Source of the DNA: Bradymonadia bacterium
Lineage (GTDB): Bacteria > Myxococcota_A > Bradymonadia > UBA7976 > UBA1532
Length of the DNA stretch: 64,000 nucleotides
NCBI GenBank assembly: GCA_046290225.1
Contig: JBKAGE010000041.1
Span: 53,148-117,147, forward strand
Direction of reading: 5' to 3'
Below, in pieces: positions 30,223 through 40,728 of this stretch; position 1 is the first letter of the stretch; each line of letters opens with the position of its first letter. The translations under genes were made by a program, and so were the position numbers. The notes under the pieces are model-generated. The model worked only from the letters and a program-made list of their open reading frames with translations. It had not been told where the DNA came from and did not search any database.

Positions 30223-31227
30223 TCAGCGATCGCAGATCGACTCGCAGTTCGACGTGCTGTCTTCGTTCGCGGCACATACCGCCCAGCATGCTGTGCGGCC
30301 CTCGGGGGTGTCGAAGTTACATGCTTGCTTGCAGTTGGAGGTGCTTTCACCACGGGCGATGCAGACCTGGGCACAGGCGGCTTGCCCCAGCCCAGTGTCG
30401 ATGTCGCAATCCTGTCTGCAGTTGCGAGGCGTGTCGTTACGGTTGAGACAGAGTTGGACACAGGCGGCTTCACCTGCGGGGGTGTCGATGTCGCAGTCCT
30501 GCCTGCAGTTGCGAGGGGTGTCGTTGCGGTCGATACAGACCTGGACACAGCCTGCCTGCCCCAGTCCAGTGTCGATGTCGCAGTCCTGTCTGCAGTTGCG
30601 GGCGGTGTCCCCACGGAGGAGGCAGATCTGAGCACAGCCTGCTTCCCCACATGCCGTGTCGATGTTGCAGTCTTGCCTGCAGTTGCGAGCTGTTTGGCCG
30701 CTCTCGATACAGGCTTGGGTGCAGCCGAACTGATCTTCTGGTGTGTCGAGCCCACACGTGCTCCGACAGGAAGACAAGGAGTTGCCTTCGTCAATGCAGC
30801 TGATCCAGCAGGGGTCGGCGCCGTCACAAACCTCTGCGGGCATGGGAGCAGGCCCGGGGTCTGGATCCGCGCCCCCAGAGCCTCCGACGGGCCCGGCGCC
30901 ACCGTCAGCCCCCGGGATGCCGCCGCACGAATCGCAAAGCACCCAACACGAAAGTGGATCGTCATCGCCACAGATGTCGGGGTCGCAACACGTCTCCCTG
31001 GTGTCGGTGCAGGTGCAATCACCAGCCGTGCAGTCGTAGCGCGCCTCGCAATTGGGGGCGCCCACCCCAGAGTCTTCGGCGGTCATGCCGCCATCTCCCC
31101 GGTTGACGACCCTGACCTCACCGTCGTCGTCATCTTCCGAGCAGCCCGTGAGCGAACACGTGAGCAGACCCATCAAGAAGATTCGAGTGATGGTGTATCG
31201 GCGTCTATGTGTATGCACATGTGTCAT
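30223..31227 (-). CDS. Lipoprotein with seven 29-aa CxxxC-x9-CxxxC repeats
   Basis: Lipobox LTGC; repeat unit CxQxCIxRxDTxRNCRQDCDIDTxxGxA(G/A). Confidence 0.75.
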   Translation of the reverse strand: MTHVHTHRRRYTITRIFLMGLLTCSLTGCSEDDDDGEVRVVNRGDGGMTAEDSGVGAPNCEARYDCTAGDCTCTDTRETCCDPDICGDDDPLSCWVLCDSCGGIPGADGGAGPVGGSGGADPDPGPAPMPAEVCDGADPCWISCIDEGNSLSSCRSTCGLDTPEDQFGCTQACIESGQTARNCRQDCNIDTACGEAGCAQICLLRGDTARNCRQDCDIDTGLGQAGCVQVCIDRNDTPRNCRQDCDIDTPAGEAACVQLCLNRNDTPRNCRQDCDIDTGLGQAACAQVCIARGESTSNCKQACNFDTPEGRTACWAVCAANEDSTSNCESICDR

Positions 31228-31295
31228 GAACGAGCCTCGGTGATGAATGAACCGGCGCTCTACTAACACACCCAGAATGGGCCAATAAAGATAGA

Positions 31296-32465
31296 TCAGA
31301 GACGCTGACCGCGGATTAACTCTCGGACCTTCGGCACCGCTGCCACCACCTGCTCGATGGCTTGATCCACCTCGGCCTCAGTGGTCTTGCGCCCCAACCC
31401 GAAGCGCAGGCTGGCATGGGCACGCTCGTCGGCCATGCCCACCGCCCGCAAGACATGGCTCGGAGCCAGCGTCGCCGAGGAGCATGCCGAGCCACTGCTG
31501 ATGGCCAGACCCCGCAGGTTGCTCATCATCACGTCGGCGGCGATGTCGTCGATGCTGATGTGCAGGCAGTGGGGCAGACAATGATCTGGATCACCATTGC
31601 GCACCACACCATCGACCCCACCTGAGATGCCGCGCCACAGTCGATCTCGCAGGCCCGCCAGGCGCGTCGCTTCGTCGGCCATCACCTGTTGCCCCAGCTT
31701 CGCCGCTGCGCCGAGGGCCACCAGCAGCGGCACCGCCAGCGTACCCGAGCGAAACCCGCGCTCCTGACTGCCGCCGTGCATCTGGGCGTCGAGCTTCACT
31801 CGGGGGCTGCGGCGCCGCACGTACAGCGCCCCGACACCCTTGGGGGCGTAGAGTTTGTGCCCCGACATCGAGAGCAGATCGATGCCCATGGCTTCGACGT
31901 CGATGGGCAGCTTGCCCGAGGTCTGAGCGGCGTCAGTGTGGAACAGCACGCCGCGGTCTTTGCACAGGGCGCCGATCTCGGCGATGGGGTTCACCGTGCC
32001 CAGCTCGTTGTTGGCGTGCATCACGCTGACGATGACTGTATTGGGTCGAATCGCCGCCGCCACGTCATCGACCGAGACACGCCCACCCTCAGACACAGGC
32101 AGCCAGGTCACCTCGACCCCCTGGGTCTCGAGCCACTTCACCGTGTCGAGCACCGCCTTGTGCTCCGTGGGCTGGGAGATGATGTGGTTGCCCTTGCTCG
32201 CGTAAGCTGACATCGCCCCTTTGATGGCGAGGTTGTTCCCCTCGGAGGCCCCGCTCAGGAACACGATCTCCCTCGGTGTGGCGCCGATGAGAGCCGCCAC
32301 CTGCTCCCGGGCGAGCTTGACCGCTTCTTCTGCAGCCCAGCCATATGCGTGGCTCTTGCTCGAGGCGTTGCCGAAGTGCTCGACGAAGAAGGGGGCCATG
32401 ACGTCGAAGACCCGCTGATCACAGGGGGTGGTGGCCATGTGGTCGAGATAGATGGGGCGTAGCAT
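31296..32465 (-). CDS. iscS: Cysteine desulfurase
   Basis: YLDHMATTP, FGNASS, HTDAAQ, SGHKLYAPKG (PLP Lys), RSGT, SSGSACSS. Confidence 0.93.
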   Translation of the reverse strand: MLRPIYLDHMATTPCDQRVFDVMAPFFVEHFGNASSKSHAYGWAAEEAVKLAREQVAALIGATPREIVFLSGASEGNNLAIKGAMSAYASKGNHIISQPTEHKAVLDTVKWLETQGVEVTWLPVSEGGRVSVDDVAAAIRPNTVIVSVMHANNELGTVNPIAEIGALCKDRGVLFHTDAAQTSGKLPIDVEAMGIDLLSMSGHKLYAPKGVGALYVRRRSPRVKLDAQMHGGSQERGFRSGTLAVPLLVALGAAAKLGQQVMADEATRLAGLRDRLWRGISGGVDGVVRNGDPDHCLPHCLHISIDDIAADVMMSNLRGLAISSGSACSSATLAPSHVLRAVGMADERAHASLRFGLGRKTTEAEVDQAIEQVVAAVPKVRELIRGQRL

Positions 32466-33202
32466 CAGGGTTGCTCGTCGCCCTCTTCGGGCATCACGTC
32501 GACGTAATCGCGGACCTCACGGCCGTCGGGCTTGACCACGGTGAGGCCCACGATGTGTTGCGCGGGCTCTTCGAGGCGCAACACGAGGCGGTTGTAGCCC
32601 TCGCGATCGTCCACCATGGAGTCGCCGATCTCTCGGAGCACGTCGTTGGGGCCGATGTTCAGGTCGTGCATGACGTCTTCGCTGAGCACGTCGGCGGCCT
32701 TGATGGCCCGGGGGAGCTGCCCGCTGGCGGGCAGGTTGTCGCGGTACGATTTGATGTCGGCGAGCAGCGCGGCGCGGCCCACGCGGTTCATGTTGGTCCG
32801 CGTCTGCCCAGGCTTGAGCGGGGGCAGCTTGAAGGTGCGGTAGCCGTCGGCGGGGATGCCCGACTCTCCAGGTTTGAGCATGGGGTTCGAGGGCTGGGCG
32901 AACTCGGCCTTGCGGGCGGCGATCTCTGCGGGCGTGGGCGGCGGAGGCTTGGGGGCGTCGAGGTTGGGCTTGGGTCCGTCGACGGGGGTGGGATCGCCCT
33001 TGCTCTCGGCCTGATTGACGGCTGTACGTGGATCAGCCGGAGTGGGATCAGGCTCGGGGGCCTTCTTGGGCTTCGCCTGGTTGTCCTTGGCGGCTGTGGT
33101 GTCGGCCTTGGGTTTATCTTTCGCGGGGTTCTTGCTCCCAGGCCACAAGGCCCAGGTGACGGCACCGGCGACGACGAGGATCAAAGGCAGAATGAGCTTC
33201 AC
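32465..33202 (-). CDS. Membrane-anchored hypothetical protein with a Pro-rich linker
   Basis: GTG start re-called at VKLILP; N-terminal TM; TGATG overlap with iscS. Confidence 0.6.
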   Translation of the reverse strand: MKLILPLILVVAGAVTWALWPGSKNPAKDKPKADTTAAKDNQAKPKKAPEPDPTPADPRTAVNQAESKGDPTPVDGPKPNLDAPKPPPPTPAEIAARKAEFAQPSNPMLKPGESGIPADGYRTFKLPPLKPGQTRTNMNRVGRAALLADIKSYRDNLPASGQLPRAIKAADVLSEDVMHDLNIGPNDVLREIGDSMVDDREGYNRLVLRLEEPAQHIVGLTVVKPDGREVRDYVDVMPEEGDEQP

Positions 33203-33303
33203 AGCATGCTCCGAGTGATCATGGGTGCAGGATAGCAGAGGGTTTCGCTGCTGTCGCAGCAGCGCTCGCCTCACTTAAACTCGCACCACCACAACACCCC
33301 ATG

Positions 33304-33333
33304 TTGACAACCTGAATCCCTGAACCTCATGCT
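33304..33333 (+). promoter_or_regulatory. Putative sigma-70 promoter of the his operon
   Basis: TTGACA (33304-33309), 18-bp spacer, CATGCT (33328-33333). Confidence 0.55.
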
Positions 33334-33340
33334 GGCCGAC

Positions 33341-33400
33341 ATGAACTGCTGCACCCACCATGCCCACCATCATGCCCATCATCATGGGACAGGTCGGTAG
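33341..33400 (+). CDS. hisL: His operon leader peptide MNCCTHHAHHHAHHHGTGR
   Basis: 19-codon ORF with 8 His codons directly upstream of a terminator and hisG; absent from the ORF track. Confidence 0.88.
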   Translation: MNCCTHHAHHHAHHHGTGR

Positions 33401-33421
33401 GGTGTAAGCACAGACACGAAA

Positions 33422-33460
33422 CACCACGCCGGCCTCTGAGGCCGGCGTTGGTGCTTTCTG
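33422..33460 (+). terminator. Attenuator terminator hairpin
   Basis: CACCA-CGCCGGCCT-ctg-AGGCCGGCG-t-TGGTG followed by CTTTCT; the 5' arm can alternatively pair with GGTCGGTAGGGTGT (33392-33405). Confidence 0.8.
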
Positions 33461-33523
33461 GGCACTTTCTCCGCATCTTCAGGGGTTGGCTCATCAGGCG
33501 AAACAGCCCTGGAGAGCGACACC

Positions 33524-34414
33524 ATGAGCCCCGCCAGAAACTTCTCTGAGAACACCAGCGACACCTTGCGCATCGGCTTGCCCAAAGGCCGAATGCGCGA
33601 AGGCATCTTCGACCTGCTCAAGAGCGCCGGCGTCAGCGTTCAGGTTGGCGCCCGGGGCTATCGCCCCAGCCTTTCCCTCCCCGACACCGAGACCAAGCTG
33701 CTCAAACCCCAGAACGTCATCGAGATGCTGCACGTCGGATCCCGCGATGTAGGCTTCGCGGGCGCAGATTGGGTCGCCGAGTTCGGCGCAGAGCTCGTCG
33801 AGATCATGGACACGGGGCTCGATCCCGTGCGGCTCGTCGCCGCTGCGCCCGTGGCTCTGCTCGTCGACGGCAAGCTGCCTCGTCAGCCCCTCGTCGTCGC
33901 CTCGGAGTACGAGCAGCTCACCCGACGGTGGATCAGAGATCAGGGCCTCGAAGCCCGCTTCGTGCGGAGTTATGGCGCCACCGAGGTGTTCCCCCCCGAA
34001 GACGCTGATTGCATCGTCGACAACACCGCCACCGGGGCCACCCTCGCCGCCAATCAGCTCGAGATCGTCGACGAGCTCATGCGCTCGTCCACCCGGCTGT
34101 ACGCCAACCCACGGGCCCTGGAGAACCCCAGCAAGCGAGCGCGGATCGAAGATCTCGCCCTGCTGCTGCGATCCGTGCTCGACGCTCGCAGCCGGGTCAT
34201 GATCGAGGTGAACGTGAGCGCCGAGCGGCTCTCCGCCCTCGTCGACGTCGTGCCCTGCATGCGAGAGCCCACCCTGGCGCCGCTGCACAATCAGTCCGGG
34301 TTCGCGCTGAAGGCCGCCGTGCCCCGGAAGGCGCTGGCCACCCTCATCCCGCGCATCAAGGCTGTGGGCGGCACCGACATCGTGGTGTCCACCCCCAGCC
34401 AGATCGTGATGTGA
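33524..34414 (+). CDS. hisG: ATP phosphoribosyltransferase (long form)
   Basis: LRIGLPKGR, GATE, IVDNTATGATLAANQL, C-terminal regulatory domain. Confidence 0.93.
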   Translation: MSPARNFSENTSDTLRIGLPKGRMREGIFDLLKSAGVSVQVGARGYRPSLSLPDTETKLLKPQNVIEMLHVGSRDVGFAGADWVAEFGAELVEIMDTGLDPVRLVAAAPVALLVDGKLPRQPLVVASEYEQLTRRWIRDQGLEARFVRSYGATEVFPPEDADCIVDNTATGATLAANQLEIVDELMRSSTRLYANPRALENPSKRARIEDLALLLRSVLDARSRVMIEVNVSAERLSALVDVVPCMREPTLAPLHNQSGFALKAAVPRKALATLIPRIKAVGGTDIVVSTPSQIVM

Positions 34415-34417
34415 GCC

Positions 34418-36184
34418 ATGTGGGATGCACAGGCTGAGCAAAAGCGCGTTGTGCCCGGGCCTGCCCTGGGGCGTATCTCCCGATATCGGGTGCCCGGGCA
34501 CCCAGCCCCTATCGATCTCGATTTGCGGGGGAACGAGGGCCCCGCACCGGAGCCTGAGTTGCTGAGGGCGCTCAACGGCCCTGAGGGCACTGAGCTGCTC
34601 AGGCGCTACCCCAGCGCGGTGTCGTTGGAGCGCCGGCTCGCCGAGGGTTGGGGGCTGAGCCCCGAGCAGGTGGCGGTGACCGCTGGGGCCGATGACGGCC
34701 TCGATCGCATCTGTAGAGCCATGATGGGCCCGGGCCGGCGGATGATCTGCCCCACGCCGGGTTTTGTGATGACCCCCCGGGCTGCCCGGCTGGCAGGTGG
34801 CGAGGTCGTCGAGCTGCCATGGCGTGAAGCTCTGCCTGTGGAGGCCATTCTGCAAGCCGCCGAAGATGAGCAGGTCTGTGTGCTCGTCCTCACCTCACCC
34901 AACAACCCCACAGGGGCGGTGATCACAGAAGCACAGCTGCGTCGCCTGGCGGCAGAGCTGCCTGCGAGGGTGCTCATCGTGCTCGACGTGGCCTATGGGG
35001 AGTTCGCGGATATCGAGCTGCGCCCTGTGGCCCTGAGCCTGCCCCGAGTGCTCGTGGTGGGCACTTTCTCCAAGGCGTGGGGCCTCGCCGGCTTGCGCGT
35101 GGGTCACGTGGCCGGGCCCGCGGAGTATGTGGGGTGGGTGAAGGATGTGGGCCTGCCCTACGCCGTCTCGGGCCCGGCACTGGCCCTCGCCGAGGCTGCC
35201 CTCGATCGCGGTGACGAGCCTGTTCGAGCCCACGCCGCTGCGGTGAAGATCGCCCGAGGGCGCATCGAGGCCGCCTTCGAGTCTGTGGGCGCCGCGGTCA
35301 CCCGAGGCGAGGGCAACTTCGTCTTCGCCCGGACCCCGAAGGCGGCGTGGATCGCTGATGCCATGGCAGGGCTGGGCATCGGTGTGCGGGCGTTCCCTGG
35401 CCGCTCGGGCCTCGAAGATGCCCTGCGGATCGCTTGCCCCACCGAAGCCGGCGACATCGATCGAGTCTGCGACGGGATCCGCACCGCGGTGCGCCCCGAG
35501 GCCATCCTCTTCGATCTCGACGGAGTGCTCGCTGACGTCTCCGCGTCATATCGAGTGGCCATCGTGGAGACCGCGGCGCACTTCGGCGTGCACGTCACCG
35601 CCGCCGACGTCGCCGAGGTGAAGGCTGCTGGTGACGCCAACAATGACTGGAAGGTGACTCAGCGATTGCTCCAGCGAGCCGGAGTACAGGTCGACCTCGA
35701 CGCCATCATCGAGGTCTTCGAAGGGCTCTATCAGGGCACCCCTCAAGCCCCTGGGCTACGGCGACACGAGGCGCTCACTGTGTCGCGTACTGCGCTCGCC
35801 GGGCTCGCGGAGCGCGTCCCACTCGCCGTGGTCACCGGCCGGCCACGGGACGACGCACGCGCGTTCCTCGAAGGCATGGAGATCGCTCAATACTTCCAGG
35901 CCGTCGTCTGTATGGAGGATGGCCCGGCGAAGCCTGACCCGGCCCCCGTCCGGGTGGCCCTCGAGGCTCTCGGTGTGCGTCGCGCCTGGATGCTCGGCGA
36001 CACCCCCGACGATGTAAGGGCCGCCCGAGGGGCTGGTGTGGTGCCCGTGGGGGTCGTGGCCCCTGGTGAGGGCGATCCCGAAGGGGCGCGGCAGGCCCTG
36101 CTCGGCTCAGGGGCCGCTCGGGTCATCGACGAGGCTGCGGCGGTGGTCGACACCCTGAGCCGATGGCTGGAGGAGACGCCATGA
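34418..36184 (+). CDS. hisC: Histidinol-phosphate aminotransferase fused to a HAD-family phosphatase
   Basis: [31 protein letters not shown]; then [28 protein letters not shown]. Confidence 0.9.
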   Translation: MWDAQAEQKRVVPGPALGRISRYRVPGHPAPIDLDLRGNEGPAPEPELLRALNGPEGTELLRRYPSAVSLERRLAEGWGLSPEQVAVTAGADDGLDRICRAMMGPGRRMICPTPGFVMTPRAARLAGGEVVELPWREALPVEAILQAAEDEQVCVLVLTSPNNPTGAVITEAQLRRLAAELPARVLIVLDVAYGEFADIELRPVALSLPRVLVVGTFSKAWGLAGLRVGHVAGPAEYVGWVKDVGLPYAVSGPALALAEAALDRGDEPVRAHAAAVKIARGRIEAAFESVGAAVTRGEGNFVFARTPKAAWIADAMAGLGIGVRAFPGRSGLEDALRIACPTEAGDIDRVCDGIRTAVRPEAILFDLDGVLADVSASYRVAIVETAAHFGVHVTAADVAEVKAAGDANNDWKVTQRLLQRAGVQVDLDAIIEVFEGLYQGTPQAPGLRRHEALTVSRTALAGLAERVPLAVVTGRPRDDARAFLEGMEIAQYFQAVVCMEDGPAKPDPAPVRVALEALGVRRAWMLGDTPDDVRAARGAGVVPVGVVAPGEGDPEGARQALLGSGAARVIDEAAAVVDTLSRWLEETP

Positions 36185-36768
36185 GCGTGCGTACGGGTCA
36201 ACTTCGCCGAGCCACCGCAGAGACCACCATCGAGGCCAGCGTGACACTCGACGACCAGGGCGTGAGCGTGGTGCGCACCGGCATCGGGTTCCTCGATCAC
36301 ATGATCACCGCCCTGTCGCGCCACAGCGGGGTGTCCATCGAGCTGACGTGCAGCGGCGACCTGCACATCGACGATCACCACACGGCGGAAGACTGCGCCC
36401 TCACGCTGGGGGGCGCCTTCGACGCTGCCCTCGGCGAGCGCCGGGGCATCGTGCGCTTCGGTCACGCCTACGCCCCCCTCGACGAGGCCCTGGCCCGGGC
36501 CGTGGTCGATCTCTCCGGGCGCCCGTGGCCCTGTGTCGATCTGGGCTTGCGGCGAGAGATGCTCGGGCAGATCGCCTGCGAGAACCTCACCCACTTCATC
36601 AACAGCTTCGCCATCGCCGCTCGAGCCTCGATCCACGTCGACGTGCTCAAGGGCGACAACGATCACCACCGCGCCGAGGCGGCCTTCAAGGCTCTAGCCC
36701 TCGCGCTCCGCGCCGCAGTGGCGCTTCGAGGGGATGACCGCGTCCCCAGCACCAAGGAGGTGTTGTGA
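36181..36768 (+). CDS. hisB: Imidazoleglycerol-phosphate dehydratase (monofunctional)
   Basis: [39 protein letters not shown]. Confidence 0.95.
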   Translation: MSVRTGQLRRATAETTIEASVTLDDQGVSVVRTGIGFLDHMITALSRHSGVSIELTCSGDLHIDDHHTAEDCALTLGGAFDAALGERRGIVRFGHAYAPLDEALARAVVDLSGRPWPCVDLGLRREMLGQIACENLTHFINSFAIAARASIHVDVLKGDNDHHRAEAAFKALALALRAAVALRGDDRVPSTKEVL

Positions 36769-38171
36769 TGCCTCTCGACACATCTGTCCCGGTCGTGGTC
36801 GTAGGCACTGGCCTCGCCAACACCGCCAGCGTCATGGCGGCATTGCGCCGGGCCGGCGCTGCGCCCTCACTGGTCCGTGCACCACAGGAGATCGCCGACG
36901 CGCCTCGGGTGGTGCTGCCTGGTGTAGGCGCCTTTGCGCCCGCCATGGAGATCCTGCGTCAGAAGGGTTACGTGGAGCCGCTGAGGGCGCGCCTCACCGC
37001 TGGGCGCCCTACCTTGGGCATCTGCCTCGGCTTTCAGCTGATGTGCGCCGCCAGCGAAGAGAGCCCCGGAGTGGAAGGCCTCGGGGTGATCCCAGGTGTA
37101 GTGCGCCGATTCGGTGACGAGGCGCCTCAAGTGCCTCAGCTCGCCTGGAACAGCGTACGGCCTCAGGGAGAATGTCTCTGGCTCGAAGCCGGAGCCGCGT
37201 ACTTCGCCCACAGCTACCGCCTGCCCGGTCTGCCCGAGGGGTGGGCCGGGGTGGTGGCCACTCACGGGGCCTCGTTCGTCGCCGCTGCAGAGCGCGGTGA
37301 CGTGCTGGGTTGCCAGTTCCACCCCGAGCTCAGCGGCCCTTGGGGTCAGGCCCTCGTGGCGCGATGGGTTCAGGGGCGCCCCGTCGGGCAGACAGTCGAA
37401 GGCGCGCCGCGCGCAGGGGCATGTCGGCGCATCATCCCGTGCCTCGACGTTCGAGATGGCCGCGTGGTGAAGGGCGTGAAGTTTCAGGGTCTGCGCGACG
37501 CCGGAGATCCTGTCGAGCGCGCTCGAGCATATGCGGCTCAAGGCGCCGACGAGCTGGTCATGCTCGACGTAAGCGCTACGCCTGAGGGTCGGGCCACCGC
37601 CGTGGAGACCGTGAGGGCGCTGCGGGCTGTCCTCGACATCCCGCTCACCGTGGGCGGTGGGGTGCGCTCTGTTGAAGCCGCGGCGAAGCTGCTTGCTGCC
37701 GGCGCAGACAAAGTGGCGGTGAACACCGCCGCGGTAGAGCGCCCGGCGCTGCTCACCGAGCTGGCCGAGCAGTTTGGCCGTCAGTGCGTGGTCCTCGCCG
37801 CCGACGCCGCACGTCGAGAGGGTGGTGGCTGGGAGGTGGTCACCCGATCGGGCAAGCACCGTACTGGCATCGACGCGGTGTCCTGGGCTGAGCAGGCCGT
37901 AGAGGCCGGGGCAGGGGAGATTCTGCTCACCAGTTGGGATCGAGATGGCACCGGCGCCGGCTATGACCTGTCCTTGCTGCAGACCATCACCGGCAAGGTG
38001 CCTGTGCCCGTCATCGCCAGTGGTGGCGCCAAGACCCCCGAGCACTTGCTTCAGGCCCTCGACGCCGGCGCCCAGGCCGTGCTCGCCGCCACCATCTTTC
38101 ACGACGACCACTTCACCGTAGGTGACATCAAGCAGGCCCTCATCGAGGCCGGCGCGCAGGTGAGACCATGA
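36765..38171 (+). CDS. hisHF: Fused imidazole glycerol phosphate synthase HisH-HisF
   Basis: LPGVGAF, GICLG, QFHPE, then [24 protein letters not shown] in one frame. Confidence 0.93.
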   Translation: MMPLDTSVPVVVVGTGLANTASVMAALRRAGAAPSLVRAPQEIADAPRVVLPGVGAFAPAMEILRQKGYVEPLRARLTAGRPTLGICLGFQLMCAASEESPGVEGLGVIPGVVRRFGDEAPQVPQLAWNSVRPQGECLWLEAGAAYFAHSYRLPGLPEGWAGVVATHGASFVAAAERGDVLGCQFHPELSGPWGQALVARWVQGRPVGQTVEGAPRAGACRRIIPCLDVRDGRVVKGVKFQGLRDAGDPVERARAYAAQGADELVMLDVSATPEGRATAVETVRALRAVLDIPLTVGGGVRSVEAAAKLLAAGADKVAVNTAAVERPALLTELAEQFGRQCVVLAADAARREGGGWEVVTRSGKHRTGIDAVSWAEQAVEAGAGEILLTSWDRDGTGAGYDLSLLQTITGKVPVPVIASGGAKTPEHLLQALDAGAQAVLAATIFHDDHFTVGDIKQALIEAGAQVRP

Positions 38172-39448
38172 TCATCCCCAGCATCGACTTGATGGGCGGC
38201 GAGGCCGTCCAGCTCATCGGCGGCAAGGCCGAGAAGAAGGCCTTGAGCGCTGGAGATCCCCGGCCGCTCGCCGCCCGATTCGCCCCTGTGGGCGAGGTGG
38301 CGGTCATCGATCTCGATGCCGCCCTGGGCCGTGGAGACAACACCGAGGCCATCACCGACATGCTCGCCATGGCCCGCTGTCGCGTAGGCGGTGGGATCCG
38401 ATCCGTCGAAGCCGCGCGCCGATGGCTCGACGCCGGCGCCGTGAAGGTGATCCTGGGCACCGCCGCTGTGCCCGAGGTGTTGTCGCAGCTGCCCCGTGAG
38501 CGGGTCATCGCCGCCCTCGACGCCGTAGACGGTGAGGTGGTGGTCGACGGCTGGCGCACGAAGACCGGGGCGTCGATCATCGAGCGCATGCAGGCCCTGA
38601 GGCCTTATGTGAGCGGGTTCCTGATCACCTTCGTGGAGCGAGAGGGCCGCCTCGGCGGGACGGATCTTGCCCGGGCAGAGGCGCTTCGGGCGGCTGCGGG
38701 CGATACTGAGCTGACCGTCGCCGGCGGCATCACCACCGCCGACGAGATCGCCACCCTCGATCGCATGGGCATCGACGCTCAGGTGGGCATGGCGCTGTAT
38801 ACCGGGCGGATCTCCCTCGCGGAGGCCTTCGCGGCGCCGTTGAAGAGCGATCGGGTCGACGGCCTGTGGCCCACCATCATCTGCGATCCCCATGATCGAG
38901 CGCTGGGGCTGGCGTATTCGAACCTCGAAAGCATCGAGGCCGCCTTGGAGCAGGGCGTGGGGGCGTATCACTCCCGCCGTCGGGGTTTGTGGGTGAAGGG
39001 GGCCACCTCTGGGGCCACCCAGCGATTGCACCGCATCGACGTCGACTGTGATCGAGACACGCTGCGTTTCGTGGTGGAGCAGGCGGAGCCCGGCTTCTGT
39101 CACCTCGACACCTGGACGTGCTTCGGCGAGGATCGCGGCATCCCCGCCCTCGCCCGCAGGCTCATCGAGCGGGCCGCCGAGGCCCCTGAGGGCTCCTACA
39201 CCCGGAGGCTGCTCGACGATCCAGCTTTGCTCCGGGCAAAGCTCTTGGAGGAGGCCGCCGAGCTTGCCGAGGCCGTGGACCCCGGACACGTGGCCCGCGA
39301 AGCCGCCGACGTGATGTACTTTACCCTCACGGCCCTGGCCCGAGCTGGGGTAAAGCTCGACGCCGTGGCCCGTGTGCTCGACGACCGGGCCCTCAAGATC
39401 ACCCGCCGCCCCGGCAACGCCAAGCCTGCTCGGGGAGGTGACCGATGA
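38168..39448 (+). CDS. hisAIE: Fused HisA-HisI-HisE
   Basis: IIPSIDL, IDLDAA, VGGGIRS; then WVKGATSG, DCDRD, FCH..TWTCF; then SYTRRL, EEAAE, EAAD. Confidence 0.9.
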   Translation: MIIPSIDLMGGEAVQLIGGKAEKKALSAGDPRPLAARFAPVGEVAVIDLDAALGRGDNTEAITDMLAMARCRVGGGIRSVEAARRWLDAGAVKVILGTAAVPEVLSQLPRERVIAALDAVDGEVVVDGWRTKTGASIIERMQALRPYVSGFLITFVEREGRLGGTDLARAEALRAAAGDTELTVAGGITTADEIATLDRMGIDAQVGMALYTGRISLAEAFAAPLKSDRVDGLWPTIICDPHDRALGLAYSNLESIEAALEQGVGAYHSRRRGLWVKGATSGATQRLHRIDVDCDRDTLRFVVEQAEPGFCHLDTWTCFGEDRGIPALARRLIERAAEAPEGSYTRRLLDDPALLRAKLLEEAAELAEAVDPGHVAREAADVMYFTLTALARAGVKLDAVARVLDDRALKITRRPGNAKPARGGDR

Positions 39449-40728
39449 GCGGAGTGCAAGACATGCGTCTACGTCGCCTCAGCCCCCGACAGGTGCCCCA
39501 GTTGCGCCGTGACCCCGTCGACGGCCCCACGCTGTCGAAGGCCCGGGAGATCGTCGACACGGTGCGGGCAGAGGGTTTGTCCGCGCTGCAGGACTATGCT
39601 CAACGCTATGGCGACTGGTCCCCAGGTGATCCGCTGTGGTTCGGCCCTGAAGACATGGCCAGTGCCTTCTTCGCGTTGCCCGTTGAGAAGCAACAGGTGC
39701 TCACCCGGACCGCCGACCGGATCAAGGCCTTCGCCGAGGCCCAGCACGCCGGGCTGAAAGCCATCGAGGCGCCGATCCCCGGTGGGGTGGCTGGGGTCCG
39801 CTTCGATCCAGTGGAGCGGGCGGGCTGCTACGCCCCCGGCGGGCGGTTTCCGTTGCCCAGCTCGGTGCTGATGACCGCGATCCCCGCTCGGGTGGCCGGG
39901 GTCGACACGGTGTGGGTGGCCTCTCCGCGGCCTGCACCAGAGACCCTCGCTGCGGCCCACGCTGCGGGTGCGGACGCCTTGCTCGCCGTAGGTGGCGCCC
40001 AGGCCATTGCTGCCCTGGCCTTTGGTGCGGGGCCGGTCCCCGCCTGTGATGCCGTCGTGGGTCCTGGGAACATCTGGGTCACTGCGGCGAAGCAGATCGC
40101 CGCAGGCCGGGTGGCCATCGACATGCTCGCCGGGCCCTCCGAGCTCGTGGTGCTCGCCGACGCCGGCGCCGATCCAGATCGGGTGGCGGCAGATCTGCTC
40201 GCCCAGGCGGAGCACGACCCCGACGCGTTGCCAGTGCTCATCGCCCTCGATCCGATGTTGCTCTCCCAGGTGGATCGAGCGCTGTCGCAGCAACTCGCCG
40301 ATCTGTCCACGGCGGACATCGCCCGTCAGGCCCTCGACAAGGGCTTCGCTGTGGCGGTGGGTGATCTCGCCGAGGGTGTAGCGCTCTGTGATCGCATGGC
40401 GCCAGAGCATCTCGCTCTGCACCTCGACGAGCCGGTGTTGACCGAGGCGGCGAACACATTGAGTCACTATGGTGCGCTCTTCGTCGGTGGAGACGCCGCC
40501 GAGGCCCTCGGCGACTATGGGATTGGCCCCAATCACGTGTTGCCGACCGGTGGTACGGCACGCTCTTACGGGGGCTTGTCGGTCATGACCTTCCTCCGAG
40601 CCCGCACCTGGATGCGGGTGGATGATGTCTCCGCAGCACAAGGGGCCGTCTCTGATGCGGTGGCCCTCGCCCGCATGGAAGGCCTCGAGGCCCACGCCCG
40701 CTCTGCAGCCTTGCGTCTCAAAGGATAG
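39445..40728 (+). CDS. hisD: Histidinol dehydrogenase
   Basis: YAPGG, GGAQAIAALAFG, GPGN, DMLAGPSE, AQAEHD, APEHL, GPNHVLPT, EGLEAH. Confidence 0.95.
   Translation: MSGVQDMRLRRLSPRQVPQLRRDPVDGPTLSKAREIVDTVRAEGLSALQDYAQRYGDWSPGDPLWFGPEDMASAFFALPVEKQQVLTRTADRIKAFAEAQHAGLKAIEAPIPGGVAGVRFDPVERAGCYAPGGRFPLPSSVLMTAIPARVAGVDTVWVASPRPAPETLAAAHAAGADALLAVGGAQAIAALAFGAGPVPACDAVVGPGNIWVTAAKQIAAGRVAIDMLAGPSELVVLADAGADPDRVAADLLAQAEHDPDALPVLIALDPMLLSQVDRALSQQLADLSTADIARQALDKGFAVAVGDLAEGVALCDRMAPEHLALHLDEPVLTEAANTLSHYGALFVGGDAAEALGDYGIGPNHVLPTGGTARSYGGLSVMTFLRARTWMRVDDVSAAQGAVSDAVALARMEGLEAHARSAALRLKG

Noticed and set aside
31296..32465. DndA of a phosphorothioation system or a full isc operon
   Set aside because: No dnd/ssp or iscU/iscA/hsc genes adjacent
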